Source: a virus | Reading direction: 5' to 3' (one strand) | Length of the DNA: 64,000 bases | Virus record (IMG/VR): IMGVR_UViG_3300037245_003639 | Shown here: piece after piece, positions 1 to 8,438 of the stretch | Layout: each line of letters opens with the position of its first letter | Numbering within the stretch: position 1 is the stretch's first letter | The notes under the pieces: model-generated | Told to the model about the DNA's origin: nothing | Databases searched by the model: none | Seen by the model: the letters and a program-made list of their open reading frames with translations, nothing else | Program-made: the position numbers and the translations under genes

Positions 1-161
1 GCTGTGCGGCCCTTTAGAACGCTATAAGGAATGCCGCCAGGGCCTTCACCATAGTAATCAATCAGGGCCTGCACATCTTCTTGTTTGAGACGGGTAAGTC
101 CAACGTTTATCAACCGTTCGTAAATACCAACGAGTTTGGCTGCGAGTTGTTCTTTGTCCAT
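1..161 (-). CDS. hypothetical protein, N-terminal fragment (gene runs off the left edge)
   Basis: ATG at 161 reading leftward (MDKEQLAAKLVGIYERL...). A GGGGAG-type RBS lies just upstream, and the gene follows directly after the stop of gene 180..623. Confidence 0.4.
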   Translation of the reverse strand, partial: MDKEQLAAKLVGIYERLINVGLTRLKQEDVQALIDYYGEGPGGIPYSVLKGRT

Positions 162-179
162 GTTGGTTCTCCCCAAGTA

Positions 180-623
180 TCATGGAGTATCGATAATGGT
201 TGTTCCTGGGGGGAACTTTGGTGGCTCGCCGTCAGGATCAATAACCGAACCCGAGACATCGGTTATATAGGCTTCAAGAATTAGAGCGCCGTGAGTATCA
301 GTAACCTGATTGATAGCTTTGAGTTGTTCATCATAGTCGCTCCGAATACAATGCCAACAATGGTCATGCTGTCCCATGAATCGACGTTGCAACATTTCAA
401 AGCTGGTCAGCCCCAGTTCCAGAGCAAGGTCTTTATGTTTCTGAGTGGGTTCACTTTGAATTTGCAATTTGGATGGGTCGTCCACCAACTTTGCGAGACC
501 TATAGAAAGAGCGTTCAATTCGTCCGCCGAAAGCTCCAGAACAAACGTGTCATTTCCTGGATCGTCTTTACGAGCAACGAAGACACTGTGCTGTCTGTGG
601 GCGAGTTCGATAAACTTTCTCAT
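180..623 (-). CDS. hypothetical protein (147 aa, trimmed to the MRKF start)
   Basis: Six-frame ORF 180..716. The internal ATG at 623 forms an ATGA overlap with the stop of the upstream membrane ORF. No recognisable motif. Confidence 0.45.
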   Translation of the reverse strand: MRKFIELAHRQHSVFVARKDDPGNDTFVLELSADELNALSIGLAKLVDDPSKLQIQSEPTQKHKDLALELGLTSFEMLQRRFMGQHDHCWHCIRSDYDEQLKAINQVTDTHGALILEAYITDVSGSVIDPDGEPPKFPPGTTIIDTP

Positions 624-832
624 TGGCCATTCCTCTTCCTGCGTTCCCACACTGCATCCCAATAGAATAGAGAGTAGGCAATCACTCCCAGGACAAAGCA
701 AATCCATGCTTCCCATGGGATATGTTTGGCAATGAAGAGATCATAAGGTTTGCCCCAACACGCAATGAACCCGAGGACCACATAGATTCCTATCAATAAC
801 ACTCCAGTAATACCGAGACCATTACGAATCAT
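620..832 (-). CDS. small two-TM membrane protein
   Basis: 70-aa ORF with two hydrophobic stretches (GITGVLLIGIYVVLGFIA, ICFVLGVIAYSLFYW). Confidence 0.45.
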   Translation of the reverse strand: MIRNGLGITGVLLIGIYVVLGFIACWGKPYDLFIAKHIPWEAWICFVLGVIAYSLFYWDAVWERRKRNGQ

Positions 833-841
833 CTTTGGCTC

Positions 842-1330
842 CTATGACGTTGAGAGAGTTCCTTCAAAGTGATGGTGAAGCAGCACAACTTTGTCCTCAA
901 GACCGTCACAAGCCGCCTTGAAAGGACCGAACAGAGGCTTATGCATCAGAATGACGCAATCAGGCAAATCATCACCAATCAGCTTTTGCAGCGTCGTAAT
1001 CCTGTGCTCGTCGTCATCGAAGCCAGCGATAAAGCTGGGTTTTTCATTGCCTGGTTGGAACAAGTTGATATTCCAACGGCCCACGCCATTATCGCCGACA
1101 GTTTGGCCATGTTCCTCACCTCGTTGCATTTTGGCCCATTCCCATACATCGAGATGGTCAGAACTCTTGGAGTCGAGCGACATATAGCCCCATTTTGGAA
1201 AGGGCAGAGTATGATCATGAGGGGCGCCCGAGTCGAACATGAATTTGAATGAAACGCGACCAGTGAAGTCAATCTCATTGGCCGTAATGACTGAGATACG
1301 CTTGGGTTTCGTTTCTTCTGCGTCAACCAT
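842..1330 (-). CDS. hypothetical protein, possible metallophosphoesterase-like
   Basis: 162-aa ORF directly downstream of a consensus promoter and an AGGGAG RBS. The VVLLHHH and GDNGVGRW segments are weakly reminiscent of calcineurin-like phosphoesterases. Confidence 0.4.
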   Translation of the reverse strand: MVDAEETKPKRISVITANEIDFTGRVSFKFMFDSGAPHDHTLPFPKWGYMSLDSKSSDHLDVWEWAKMQRGEEHGQTVGDNGVGRWNINLFQPGNEKPSFIAGFDDDEHRITTLQKLIGDDLPDCVILMHKPLFGPFKAACDGLEDKVVLLHHHFEGTLSTS

Positions 1331-1353
1331 GAGTTATCTCCCTTATTCACCGT

Positions 1354-1382
1354 AGTATACAGGATGGCAGGAAGATTGTCAA
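1354..1382 (-). promoter_or_regulatory. sigma70-type promoter (TTGACA-17-TATACT) for gene 842..1330
   Basis: The minus strand reads ccTTGACAatcttcctgccatcctgTATACT, followed by aagggag and ATG at 1330. Confidence 0.7.
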
Positions 1383-1399
1383 GGCCCTTTAGAAGTGCT

Positions 1400-1600
1400 T
1401 TAACCCGCGGCTGTGGCCACGCCCCCTGAGATAAGTGTCAGGGCGAACCACCCGACAAGGACGCCGACGATGACTGACCATGCCATCAGGCCATTGGATA
1501 CGTCTTTGTCCTTATGCTGGAACTTGACGATGGTGATGTAACCAGCGAAGGGCAAAGCTATGGCTACGAACAGCAGGGTGATACCTGCGACCAATGGCAT
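1400..1600 (-). CDS. small membrane protein (2 TM)
   Basis: 66 aa, two hydrophobic helices. Confidence 0.45.
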   Translation of the reverse strand: MPLVAGITLLFVAIALPFAGYITIVKFQHKDKDVSNGLMAWSVIVGVLVGWFALTLISGGVATAAG

Positions 1601-1604
1601 TGCA

Positions 1605-1970
1605 TCACTCTGCTAACGACTGAGACACGATGACCAGCCGGATCTCTTCTTTGGTAACATCCGTTCCGTCGAAAATGGGGAACAGGGTATCTACCAACTT
1701 ATCCACGACTTGCTCAGCGGCATCCTGAAAATGCTCCTCAATCATTTGCTGGAGATTGGGATTGCTGGCCACAGCAGCAAATACTTCTTCTCCAACAGCC
1801 TCCTTGTAACCAACGAGACGTTCCGCCGCCGTGACCGGGAAACTCTCCGCAGTTTCCGCTTCGGCTTTCTGAGCCCCATCCAAGAACTTCTGAGCCCGTT
1901 CTTCATCGGCTTCGAGAACGCCTTCAACCTTCGCTAGGGCTGCGTGCATTTTTTCAGCAGATACTTTCAC
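1605..1970 (-). CDS. acidic hypothetical protein (GTG start)
   Basis: 121-aa ORF. TTAGGAG RBS lies 9 nt upstream of the GTG at 1970. Promoter at 2003..2031. Confidence 0.5.
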   Translation of the reverse strand: MKVSAEKMHAALAKVEGVLEADEERAQKFLDGAQKAEAETAESFPVTAAERLVGYKEAVGEEVFAAVASNPNLQQMIEEHFQDAAEQVVDKLVDTLFPIFDGTDVTKEEIRLVIVSQSLAE

Positions 1971-2002
1971 TTTTTGACTCCTAAAGCGATATCGCTCATG
2001 GT

Positions 2003-2031
2003 GTTATATCGGTTTCCTCACACATTGTCAA
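2003..2031 (-). promoter_or_regulatory. sigma70-type promoter (TTGACA-17-TATAAC)
   Basis: ccTTGACAatgtgtgaggaaaccgaTATAAC on the minus strand. Confidence 0.55.
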
Positions 2032-2034
2032 GGG

Positions 2035-2355
2035 TTATTCTCTGCTACCGTGAAACTTCTTACCCCGCCGTGCATTTCCTTTGTTGAGTGCTTCTAGCTG
2101 ACGTTGCTTGCGCATGTAGAGCATAATTTCCCACATGACAGCACAAGTGTAGCCCGCGTCGTCGAACCTGTGACGCATCGCCGCAGCGATGGCTTCCATC
2201 CCATTGGTATACGACAACCGGTCAAGCGGCGTATCCAACAGAATGTAGAGCGAATTGATAAAGTCTCGGCCTTTGTCACTAAGGGCCTTGAGGCGCAGAG
2301 TTTCCATATCAGACGATTGCATCACCAGACTCCTGTAGCCCTTTGAGCAAATCAC
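2035..2355 (-). CDS. hypothetical protein
   Basis: 106-aa ORF, no motif recognised. Confidence 0.4.
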   Translation of the reverse strand: MICSKGYRSLVMQSSDMETLRLKALSDKGRDFINSLYILLDTPLDRLSYTNGMEAIAAAMRHRFDDAGYTCAVMWEIMLYMRKQRQLEALNKGNARRGKKFHGSRE

Positions 2356-2361
2356 GCCAAA

Positions 2362-2895
2362 TCATTTCTGCCCCTTTTCGTAGCCGGGCCAACCCACCAA
2401 ATCGCAAGGCCGTAAACCATTTGGACGCTTCACGTTCGGGGCCTTATTGCCCGTATAAACCTTTGTTTTGGAATCAGCACCTTTGGAAAAGAGACTGAGG
2501 TGAAAGAGCACTTTACCATCAGGAACAATGCTTGCAGTAATGCGATAGCCGGTCCACTTCGTCTTTTTGAAGACTGGCCTTGTTGCGAACGTGCCGAGAC
2601 CCCACTCATCCAGTTCGAATAGATCTTTGAGCAACCGCATTACCGATGAGTGAGCATGGGTTTTTGACCAAGCTTTTAGTCCCAAGATTCCTCTTCTCAT
2701 CCGCCATTGACAAATCGAAATCATCGCAGTGTAATGCCGTTGCAAAAGGCGGTCGTGGTCTACGTCGAGCAGAACGTCACCGACATCTGTATCATAGACA
2801 TCAGGGAATTGATACTGACGAACCAGTTTATTACGAGCTTCGCCGAGTGAACTCAAGTCACCAGTCAAAACTGCTGGTCCTACTTGATACTTCAT
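2362..2895 (-). CDS. hypothetical protein
   Basis: 177-aa ORF whose stop overlaps the next gene (ATGA-type coupling). Confidence 0.45.
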   Translation of the reverse strand: MKYQVGPAVLTGDLSSLGEARNKLVRQYQFPDVYDTDVGDVLLDVDHDRLLQRHYTAMISICQWRMRRGILGLKAWSKTHAHSSVMRLLKDLFELDEWGLGTFATRPVFKKTKWTGYRITASIVPDGKVLFHLSLFSKGADSKTKVYTGNKAPNVKRPNGLRPCDLVGWPGYEKGQK

Positions 2896-3233
2896 TGCTT
2901 ACCTCCCAGTTTGATATAAGCCGCCTTGGCCCTAATGAACATCTTAGTGGCCTTCGCCTTGGCATCATCCCCTTGATGTTTGTCGGGATGCCATTTCAAC
3001 GCAGCAATCCGATAGGCTCGCTTGATTTCATCCATCGAGGCGCCATGTCCAATACCAAGAATAGCCCATGGCGAATCTTCGCCAACAATCTCTTCGACTT
3101 GTTCCTCGGAAAGAGCATCTCGAAAAGCGGCTCGCCACTGGTCAGCGGTCCAGCGAGGGCCAGAATATGTGCCGTAAGGACAAAATCCCTTCGCGAAGAT
3201 GCTAGGACGCTTTGGGCCTTTCTTACGTGGCAA
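2892..3233 (-). CDS. J-domain (DnaJ-like) protein
   Basis: C-terminal WAILGIGHGASMDEIKRAYRIAALKWHPDKHQGDD, with the diagnostic HPD tripeptide of J domains. Confidence 0.7.
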   Translation of the reverse strand: MPRKKGPKRPSIFAKGFCPYGTYSGPRWTADQWRAAFRDALSEEQVEEIVGEDSPWAILGIGHGASMDEIKRAYRIAALKWHPDKHQGDDAKAKATKMFIRAKAAYIKLGGKQ

Positions 3234-3513
3234 GTTTCTGCCTCCATTGCTTGCAAGCCAGACTACGCCGCTGTTTGCGTCCTGGGAGCCCCATTGCTGT
3301 TAAATGCTTACAGTTGCCGTGACGGATATTTCCTGGGCAGGAACAGGTCCAGTAACCCGCTCCAGGCGCAGCATCAAACGAGACCCGATAAACGCGTTCA
3401 GATGTACTAGAGCCAACGTCGAAACGGCATTTGAAACGCTGTGTATCGGGATGAGTTGCTAGAGCATATCGCTTGGCTCCCGGGACCACCGCTAAAGCAT
3501 TAGCCATTCTCAA
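3223..3513 (-). CDS. SWIM zinc-finger protein
   Basis: YWTCSCPGNIRHGNCKHLTAM matches the SWIM CxC...CxH signature. TTG or ATG start sits behind an AGGGAG RBS. Confidence 0.55.
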   Translation of the reverse strand: MRMANALAVVPGAKRYALATHPDTQRFKCRFDVGSSTSERVYRVSFDAAPGAGYWTCSCPGNIRHGNCKHLTAMGLPGRKQRRSLACKQWRQKLAT

Positions 3514-3534
3514 TCTCCCTTTCTTGCTACGCAG

Positions 3535-3563
3535 AGTATAACCGAAGCCAGGAAGATTGTCAA
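3535..3563 (-). promoter_or_regulatory. sigma70-type promoter (TTGACA-17-TATACT) with conserved leader
   Basis: TTGACAatcttcctggcttcggtTATACT, followed by the leader CTGCGTAGCAAGAAAGGGAGATTG that is shared with the promoters at 16654 and 23688. Confidence 0.7.
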
Positions 3564-3600
3564 GGATATTTTTAGGTTCAGACCTGGAGAGATGAGGGGT

Positions 3601-4098
3601 TTATCTCCACGGATGTAGTTTCATTTTATGGCAAATAGCACAGGTACCTGTGTGAGGGGTCTCACGACCCGTGCATTTACAATAGTAGTCATTACTTTGG
3701 AGAGCCTCGGGCTGTCCGTCAAGTTCCCGTTTCATATCCACGATATCAGAATATTCAAAGAGTTGCCCGCATAAAAGACAGCGGTCTTCTGGCAGGAGTT
3801 CGAAAGTATCCTGGTTTCGATTCACCAACAATATTCCAAATTTACACTGAGGGCAGTCGCTTCTGAACGGCGAATTTTCGCTAGCACGAGTCAAACTGGC
3901 GTGCTTGACCACCTGCTTGGGTTCATCGATATTCAAAACCCCCAGCAGTTCTTGAATGCGATGATTACCCTCGGGCGTTTTCTCATCTATGCGGTTGATT
4001 TCCTGCATGATGACTTTTCGTTGTTCAGGTGTCATTGATTTTTCTCGATGCTTGGAATTAACGAGGCAATAGCCCAAATGCATTTGTTCAGGCGTCAT
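3601..4098 (-). CDS. Cys-rich zinc-ribbon protein
   Basis: CPQC...CLLCGQ...CKCTG...CAICHK motifs. Confidence 0.45.
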   Translation of the reverse strand: MTPEQMHLGYCLVNSKHREKSMTPEQRKVIMQEINRIDEKTPEGNHRIQELLGVLNIDEPKQVVKHASLTRASENSPFRSDCPQCKFGILLVNRNQDTFELLPEDRCLLCGQLFEYSDIVDMKRELDGQPEALQSNDYYCKCTGRETPHTGTCAICHKMKLHPWR

Positions 4099-4405
4099 TT
4101 CTCTTCTCGATGCTTTGGATCAACGAGACAATGGCCCAAATGCAAGTCACACCCGCGTCAAGGGCTTCCGCTGCGAAGTCTTCAACGACATTCGTTTGGT
4201 GGGCATCAATGAGTTCTTTCCACTCCTCCAAGAGAATGCCCATTGACTCCGCAGGGCTGGCATGTTTGCCCATGCCGAACTTATCGATGCGGCGTTGGAG
4301 GTTGTGACGTAACAGATCGAAGGCCATCTCGATTTCTTCGGACGTGGCTTCCGTTCGCACTACAACTGGTTTCTTGTAAGTCGCTTTCAAGGTTGGTTCC
4401 TCCAC
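4088..4405 (-). CDS. hypothetical protein
   Basis: 105-aa ORF behind the promoter at 4424..4451. Confidence 0.45.
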   Translation of the reverse strand: MEEPTLKATYKKPVVVRTEATSEEIEMAFDLLRHNLQRRIDKFGMGKHASPAESMGILLEEWKELIDAHQTNVVEDFAAEALDAGVTCIWAIVSLIQSIEKRNDA

Positions 4406-4423
4406 AGGATGACCTTGATTTCA

Positions 4424-4451
4424 GTGTATACGATTCAGTAAGAAATGTCAA
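4424..4451 (-). promoter_or_regulatory. sigma70-type promoter (TTGACA with a TACACT/TATACA -10)
   Basis: cccTTGACAtttcttactgaatcgTATACAct, with a spacer of 15-17 nt depending on which -10 is used. Confidence 0.45.
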
Positions 4452-4535
4452 GGGAAATAGGAAGCCCCGTCCGTGATGTTATCCAAGCCGTTTCTCCCAG
4501 AGCGGGATTGAAGTGACGGACGGGGCTCATGGGAT

Positions 4536-4564
4536 ATGCTACAGGATTATCGGAGGATTGTCAA
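4536..4564 (-). promoter_or_regulatory. sigma70-type promoter (TTGACA-17-TAGCAT) upstream of the hairpin and tiny ORF
   Basis: TTGACAatcctccgataatcctgTAGCAT. The predicted transcription start coincides with a 12-bp perfect stem (4463-4474 with 4516-4527). Confidence 0.55.
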
Positions 4565-4600
4565 GGGTTTTTTCCTGAAACCAGTATTGTATGATCAGGC

Positions 4601-5437
4601 ATGAAACATGCAATTGGCTTAGTCATTCGCGACCGATGGGACTTGACAAAACAGACTCTCAAAAGCTTGCGAGCCAGCGCTCAGAAAAAATACGATCTGT
4701 ACCTTGTGGATAACGGTTCATCTGATGAGAATGTCAAAAAACTCCAGACCTTCATTGCAAAATCCAAATTACCCGTCAAGCATCTGTTTTTATTAGATGA
4801 AGTTCCTATATCAATAGCTTTCAATCTGACGTTATATATGGCCAGGGGTTATCAATTCCGCGTAAAAATGGACAATGATATTCTGATAGCTCACAGTCAG
4901 AAGAACTTTTTAGATATCATGGTCAAAACAATGCGGAGCAAACCCAAACGTCGTAAGCAACCGGAAATTGGGTTAGTTAGTGTCTTGCCGATAGCCACCA
5001 ATTGGACTAAGAACAAAACTCTCATAAAAAGATTTCGAGAAGAAGCTGCCACCTATCGAGAATTTGGTAAGCCATACATGTTCGCAGCCTGTCTGATGAT
5101 TTCAAAGGCGTGTTTTCAACAAGTAGGGTATTTCGACGAACGTTTATGGCGACGTATCGACGTTGATTACTGTCATCGGGCTCACTCCGCGGGCATCGGA
5201 CTTGCTTACGCCCATGATTATTGGATTGTGCATACAGGCGCTGGGACTTCCACGGAAGGGAAAGAAGAAGTTCGGAATAGGTACCGTCAAGCCAAGAAGT
5301 TTGCGCGGAGAGGCAAACGATCACATGGCACTATTTGGAAGGGACTCCAGGTACCTAACCAGCAGATTATTGACTGGCGGGGATTGTTACCCGAGCAGAT
5401 TGTGTCAGCCAATTGTGAGCCGCCCGAATCAACATAA
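4601..5437 (+). CDS. family-2 glycosyltransferase
   Basis: The N-terminal LYLVDNGSSDEN matches the GT2 D-N-G-S-x-D nucleotide-sugar binding motif. This is a lone plus-strand gene inside the minus-strand block. Confidence 0.6.
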   Translation: MKHAIGLVIRDRWDLTKQTLKSLRASAQKKYDLYLVDNGSSDENVKKLQTFIAKSKLPVKHLFLLDEVPISIAFNLTLYMARGYQFRVKMDNDILIAHSQKNFLDIMVKTMRSKPKRRKQPEIGLVSVLPIATNWTKNKTLIKRFREEAATYREFGKPYMFAACLMISKACFQQVGYFDERLWRRIDVDYCHRAHSAGIGLAYAHDYWIVHTGAGTSTEGKEEVRNRYRQAKKFARRGKRSHGTIWKGLQVPNQQIIDWRGLLPEQIVSANCEPPEST

Positions 5438-5933
5438 GAGCATCATCGTCTTTAGTCACCTGCCGCACTGTCGGACTGGCACATTCTGCCACAGCTTTGC
5501 GAGCCCACTGGCGAGACCTATGAGCATCCTTCATCGGATTTTCAAGTTTCATGCCCTGTTCGCCTAGAGCCTGACGTAGCATTAGCATTCGAGGATCATC
5601 AAGATCAAAAAACTTGAAATTAGCGCGTAAATCTTCGATGAGAACAATAATGAAGCGAGTAGGTTGCTGAATCATTTTGACGATTTCAAGTAATGACAGC
5701 GGCCCTGCCGTTTCTCCCGTAACCTTGAACATGAGGATAGGATTTTGTTCGAGATTGTGAAGCTCATGTTCGATATCAGCCTCGCACCAGCTTCTACCGT
5801 GGGTCTCAGGCATAACTTGGGGGTCAAAATAAGGCAGACCAATATGTTCTAGTTGAAGACGATAATAGTCTCGCCATTTTGACCCGCCGCAGGTTCCAAA
5901 AAGACCTACACAGTTTTTGGGATCGCTATCCAT
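5367..5933 (-). CDS. hypothetical protein, possible nucleoside 2-deoxyribosyltransferase-like Rossmann protein
   Basis: N-terminal VGLFGTCGGSKW resembles the glycine-rich start of the NDT/LOG-like fold. Weak call. Confidence 0.3.
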   Translation of the reverse strand: MDSDPKNCVGLFGTCGGSKWRDYYRLQLEHIGLPYFDPQVMPETHGRSWCEADIEHELHNLEQNPILMFKVTGETAGPLSLLEIVKMIQQPTRFIIVLIEDLRANFKFFDLDDPRMLMLRQALGEQGMKLENPMKDAHRSRQWARKAVAECASPTVRQVTKDDDALMLIRAAHNWLTQSARVTIPASQ

Positions 5934-6222
5934 GTTTCACAGAACCTCCAGCACCAACGTCGCCGCCCACGTCGCCACACTTTACGGAGCCCGAAGCGAC
6001 AACAGAGCCTTCCACGCTGCCGCATGTTACAGATCCACCCGCCTCCACGCATTCCCCGACGTTGTGACATGTTACCGAACCACCAGCATAAACAGGGCCT
6101 TGGACATTGTGACAAATCACGCTCGTGTTGGTCGTAAATGAATGAACATCATTTTCGACCTCAACGGTGATATCGTCACTGTCGATTTCGAGCGTTTGGC
6201 CGTTGATAGTCACTTTGGTCAT
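5926..6222 (-). CDS. small beta-helix-repeat protein (bactofilin- or hexapeptide-like)
   Basis: Degenerate six-residue GSV-rich repeats (GGSVTCHNVGECVEAGGSVTCGSVEGSVVASGSVKCGDVGGDVGAGGSV). Trimmed to the MTKV start. Confidence 0.35.
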   Translation of the reverse strand: MTKVTINGQTLEIDSDDITVEVENDVHSFTTNTSVICHNVQGPVYAGGSVTCHNVGECVEAGGSVTCGSVEGSVVASGSVKCGDVGGDVGAGGSVKHG

Positions 6223-6461
6223 AATAGTTCTTTTCCTACGTGATAGATGCCCACGCAGAAACAGATCAGACAAACGAGACCTATCAAAGCCACAGTAGTA
6301 CCTGCTACACCGTGGAAAACGCCGGATTCTTCTCTGTCTGAACTGATAGAACGACGGTCAGCCATATAAAACAGAATTGCCGCTACAAGTCCGCAGACCA
6401 GAGTTCCAATCAGATTCGTTACTGTGAACAACATCGGTCCTGACATTGTAAATCCCATCAC
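6219..6461 (-). CDS. small membrane protein
   Basis: 80 aa, two TM helices. Confidence 0.45.
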   Translation of the reverse strand: MMGFTMSGPMLFTVTNLIGTLVCGLVAAILFYMADRRSISSDREESGVFHGVAGTTVALIGLVCLICFCVGIYHVGKELL

Positions 6462-6471
6462 TTAACCTCCT

Positions 6472-6786
6472 TTATTCCTTGGTTAGAAATTCCAAAACTA
6501 CCCAGCCCCCGTTTTTGTAAACTTCCACTGCCTGTTCTACTGTAGTGACTTTGGGAGGCGTACAAAATTTACCCCTTGGTTCTGGAATTGAAGAATCTGC
6601 GTCCGCAATCTTCAAAGCGTTGGCGAGCAATGCTTCTTCACTTTCAGTGCTACCCATAACAACCATATTACGATAGCGAGAATCACCGTGGGCAGGACAA
6701 CCTCGAAAAACGCCGTGAGAAAGCCCTTCGACTTCCCCAACCTGCGCCTCTCCCGGTCGTGCTTCGATCACAAGAAACTGTCTCAT
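6472..6786 (-). CDS. hypothetical protein
   Basis: ORF 6472..6873 trimmed to the MRQF start. No motif. Confidence 0.35.
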   Translation of the reverse strand: MRQFLVIEARPGEAQVGEVEGLSHGVFRGCPAHGDSRYRNMVVMGSTESEEALLANALKIADADSSIPEPRGKFCTPPKVTTVEQAVEVYKNGGWVVLEFLTKE

Positions 6787-6802
6787 GCTAATTCTCCACT
6801 GT

Positions 6803-7138
6803 TCAACTGCAAGCGCAATTGTCAGATTGGTCGGCGTCTCGTGCAATGGATGATTGTTTGATAAAGCCCGCATCTAAGGCAGCCGCCTTATTCATCACGA
6901 ATGTCCGCCAATGCCCTGGATACAGCGACTTCTTAGCATCCCGACGATCCATCGCCCAGCGGATCTGTTCGTGGACCGCCTCGCCACTCTTTGCCCCAAC
7001 AACCTCCGCAAACTGGTCGCAGAATTGCGCGAACCCTTTCGGGCGAAGAGTCGTCCATGTCTCGTGCGGACCAAATTTCTTGACAAGCCTACGATACAAA
7101 AATGTCAAGTTCAACAACGTCCAAATCGTGCCATCCAT
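6803..7138 (-). CDS. hypothetical protein
   Basis: 111-aa ORF. Confidence 0.4.
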   Translation of the reverse strand: MDGTIWTLLNLTFLYRRLVKKFGPHETWTTLRPKGFAQFCDQFAEVVGAKSGEAVHEQIRWAMDRRDAKKSLYPGHWRTFVMNKAAALDAGFIKQSSIARDADQSDNCACS

Positions 7139-7163
7139 TGCTTTCTCCGTATTTCACCCACTA

Positions 7164-7475
7164 TCATCCAGCCATATCGAATGAAATAGCGTCATAGCCT
7201 TGAAAACCATCGAGCCCCGGCAGGATGTTTGTGGCGTGATAGCCAATCATCTCGGCCACGTCGCACATAATCCACGTTGGATCAGTTACACCCGGTATTG
7301 TGACTCTGATGGGCTCTGAAAGATCGGCTTTGGGGCATTTGAACACGTAGCCATGACGGCAGGTATGCTCAAACCCATCATCGGGAGCCGACTCTACTTG
7401 ACGGGGAGCCGAGCGGGGTTCTTCATGAAGAGGGGGACGAACCCACTTTCCTTCTGCGTTTTGGCCGTAAGGCAT
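7164..7475 (-). CDS. hypothetical protein
   Basis: 103-aa ORF. Confidence 0.4.
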   Translation of the reverse strand: MPYGQNAEGKWVRPPLHEEPRSAPRQVESAPDDGFEHTCRHGYVFKCPKADLSEPIRVTIPGVTDPTWIMCDVAEMIGYHATNILPGLDGFQGYDAISFDMAG

Positions 7476-7478
7476 AAC

Positions 7479-7814
7479 TCACTCCATGTTGTTCGCGACG
7501 ATTTCGATCCAACTGTCACGGATTTCCTCTTGGATTTCCTCATCGCAGTCTTCCCACGCGTCTTCGAGACCACTGCGCGAGCAGAGTTCCTCCATGATGG
7601 CATCAACGATTCGCTTTGCCGTCTTTTCGTTCTCTGACTCAGCAGGGAGCATGCCGCCAAAGGCTTTTAAGTTGTTCTCGACGACCTCCAGCCAAGACTG
7701 CCGGATTTCCTCTTGGATTTCCTCATCGCAGTTTTCCCACTCATCTCCAAGACCGCTACGGTCGCAGAGTTCGGTAATGATGGCATCGACGATTCGCTTG
7801 GCTACGTCGGTCAT
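7479..7814 (-). CDS. acidic protein made of two tandem ~50-aa repeats
   Basis: AKRIVDAI(I/M)(T/E)ELC(D/S)RSGL(G/E)D(E/A)WE(N/D)CDEEIQEEIR(Q/D)SW(L/I)E(V/I)V(E/A)NN occurs twice. The DNA duplication spans about 7486-7640 and 7650-7805. Confidence 0.5.
   Translation of the reverse strand: MTDVAKRIVDAIITELCDRSGLGDEWENCDEEIQEEIRQSWLEVVENNLKAFGGMLPAESENEKTAKRIVDAIMEELCSRSGLEDAWEDCDEEIQEEIRDSWIEIVANNME
7486..7805. repeat. about 160-bp direct tandem duplication inside gene 7479..7814
   Basis: The two halves of the ORF are about 80% identical at the protein level. Confidence 0.55.
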
Positions 7815-8194
7815 TTCTTCCCTTTCTTGATAACCCGCTTAATCTCGAATTCTGAGATGAAACAAATCTCAGGCCCAATAGAACCACGATCAGGCAGAGC
7901 AGGGTCTCCTCTTCGGGCCTTGCAACCCGCAGCCCCCTCAGCGATGGCGTCTGTCAAATGGGCAGGCGTCAGTTCGGCCCAAAACCGCCAACCGCATTCT
8001 TCGTCATACCAGCCCTTGACGATGGTTACGTGCCATTCTCGATGCTCGTCAAAAACAATGGTGCCACCAGCTTTATTGTAGCCACAGATCATTCCTTGGG
8101 CTGCGACTAAATCACCCAGTTTGAAGCGGCAATGATCCAAATCTGTGCAAGTTCCCATTTTATCCCCAAATCCATTTGAGGGCCGACAATACAA
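7811..8194 (-). CDS. hypothetical protein
   Basis: 127-aa ORF. Confidence 0.4.
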   Translation of the reverse strand: MYCRPSNGFGDKMGTCTDLDHCRFKLGDLVAAQGMICGYNKAGGTIVFDEHREWHVTIVKGWYDEECGWRFWAELTPAHLTDAIAEGAAGCKARRGDPALPDRGSIGPEICFISEFEIKRVIKKGKK

Positions 8195-8438
8195 ACGTCG
8201 TACCCGCCAGCCCCGATATTACGCAAAGAAATACTATGCTGGCCACCACTTTCGGGGAATCAGGTGCATATATGATTTCATAAGAGGCATGCGGCGAGTG
8301 CAGAACCGCTTCGCCTGCACACCTGAGAGCAATTTGAGCATCTGGCGTCAGATGACGGAATTTCACTGAATGGACGCTGTGGGTTTCCTTGTATCGCTTC
8401 CGAATATCACCGGGCACATACAGCTTCAAGTCCATCAC
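8160..8438 (-). CDS. small membrane protein
   Basis: C-terminal hydrophobic segment VVASIVFLCVISGLAGTTFVL. Confidence 0.35.
   Translation of the reverse strand: MMDLKLYVPGDIRKRYKETHSVHSVKFRHLTPDAQIALRCAGEAVLHSPHASYEIIYAPDSPKVVASIVFLCVISGLAGTTFVLSALKWIWG

Noticed and set aside
842-1330. A firm metallophosphoesterase assignment
   Set aside because: Only partial motif resemblance (a His cluster and a GDxxG-like segment) was found, and the ordered phosphoesterase motifs I-V could not be traced.
2646-3410. Long plus-strand ORFs (2646..3410, 8669..9178, 22868..23668, 27148..27693, 30679..31209) as genes
   Set aside because: They lie antisense to motif-supported minus-strand genes (J-domain, beta-helix, Pnkp and others), lack RBS or promoter support, and have low-complexity composition typical of shadow ORFs.
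5926-6222. A bactofilin call for the GSV-repeat protein
   Set aside because: The repeat periodicity is also compatible with hexapeptide or other beta-helix families. It is reported only as a generic beta-helix-repeat protein.
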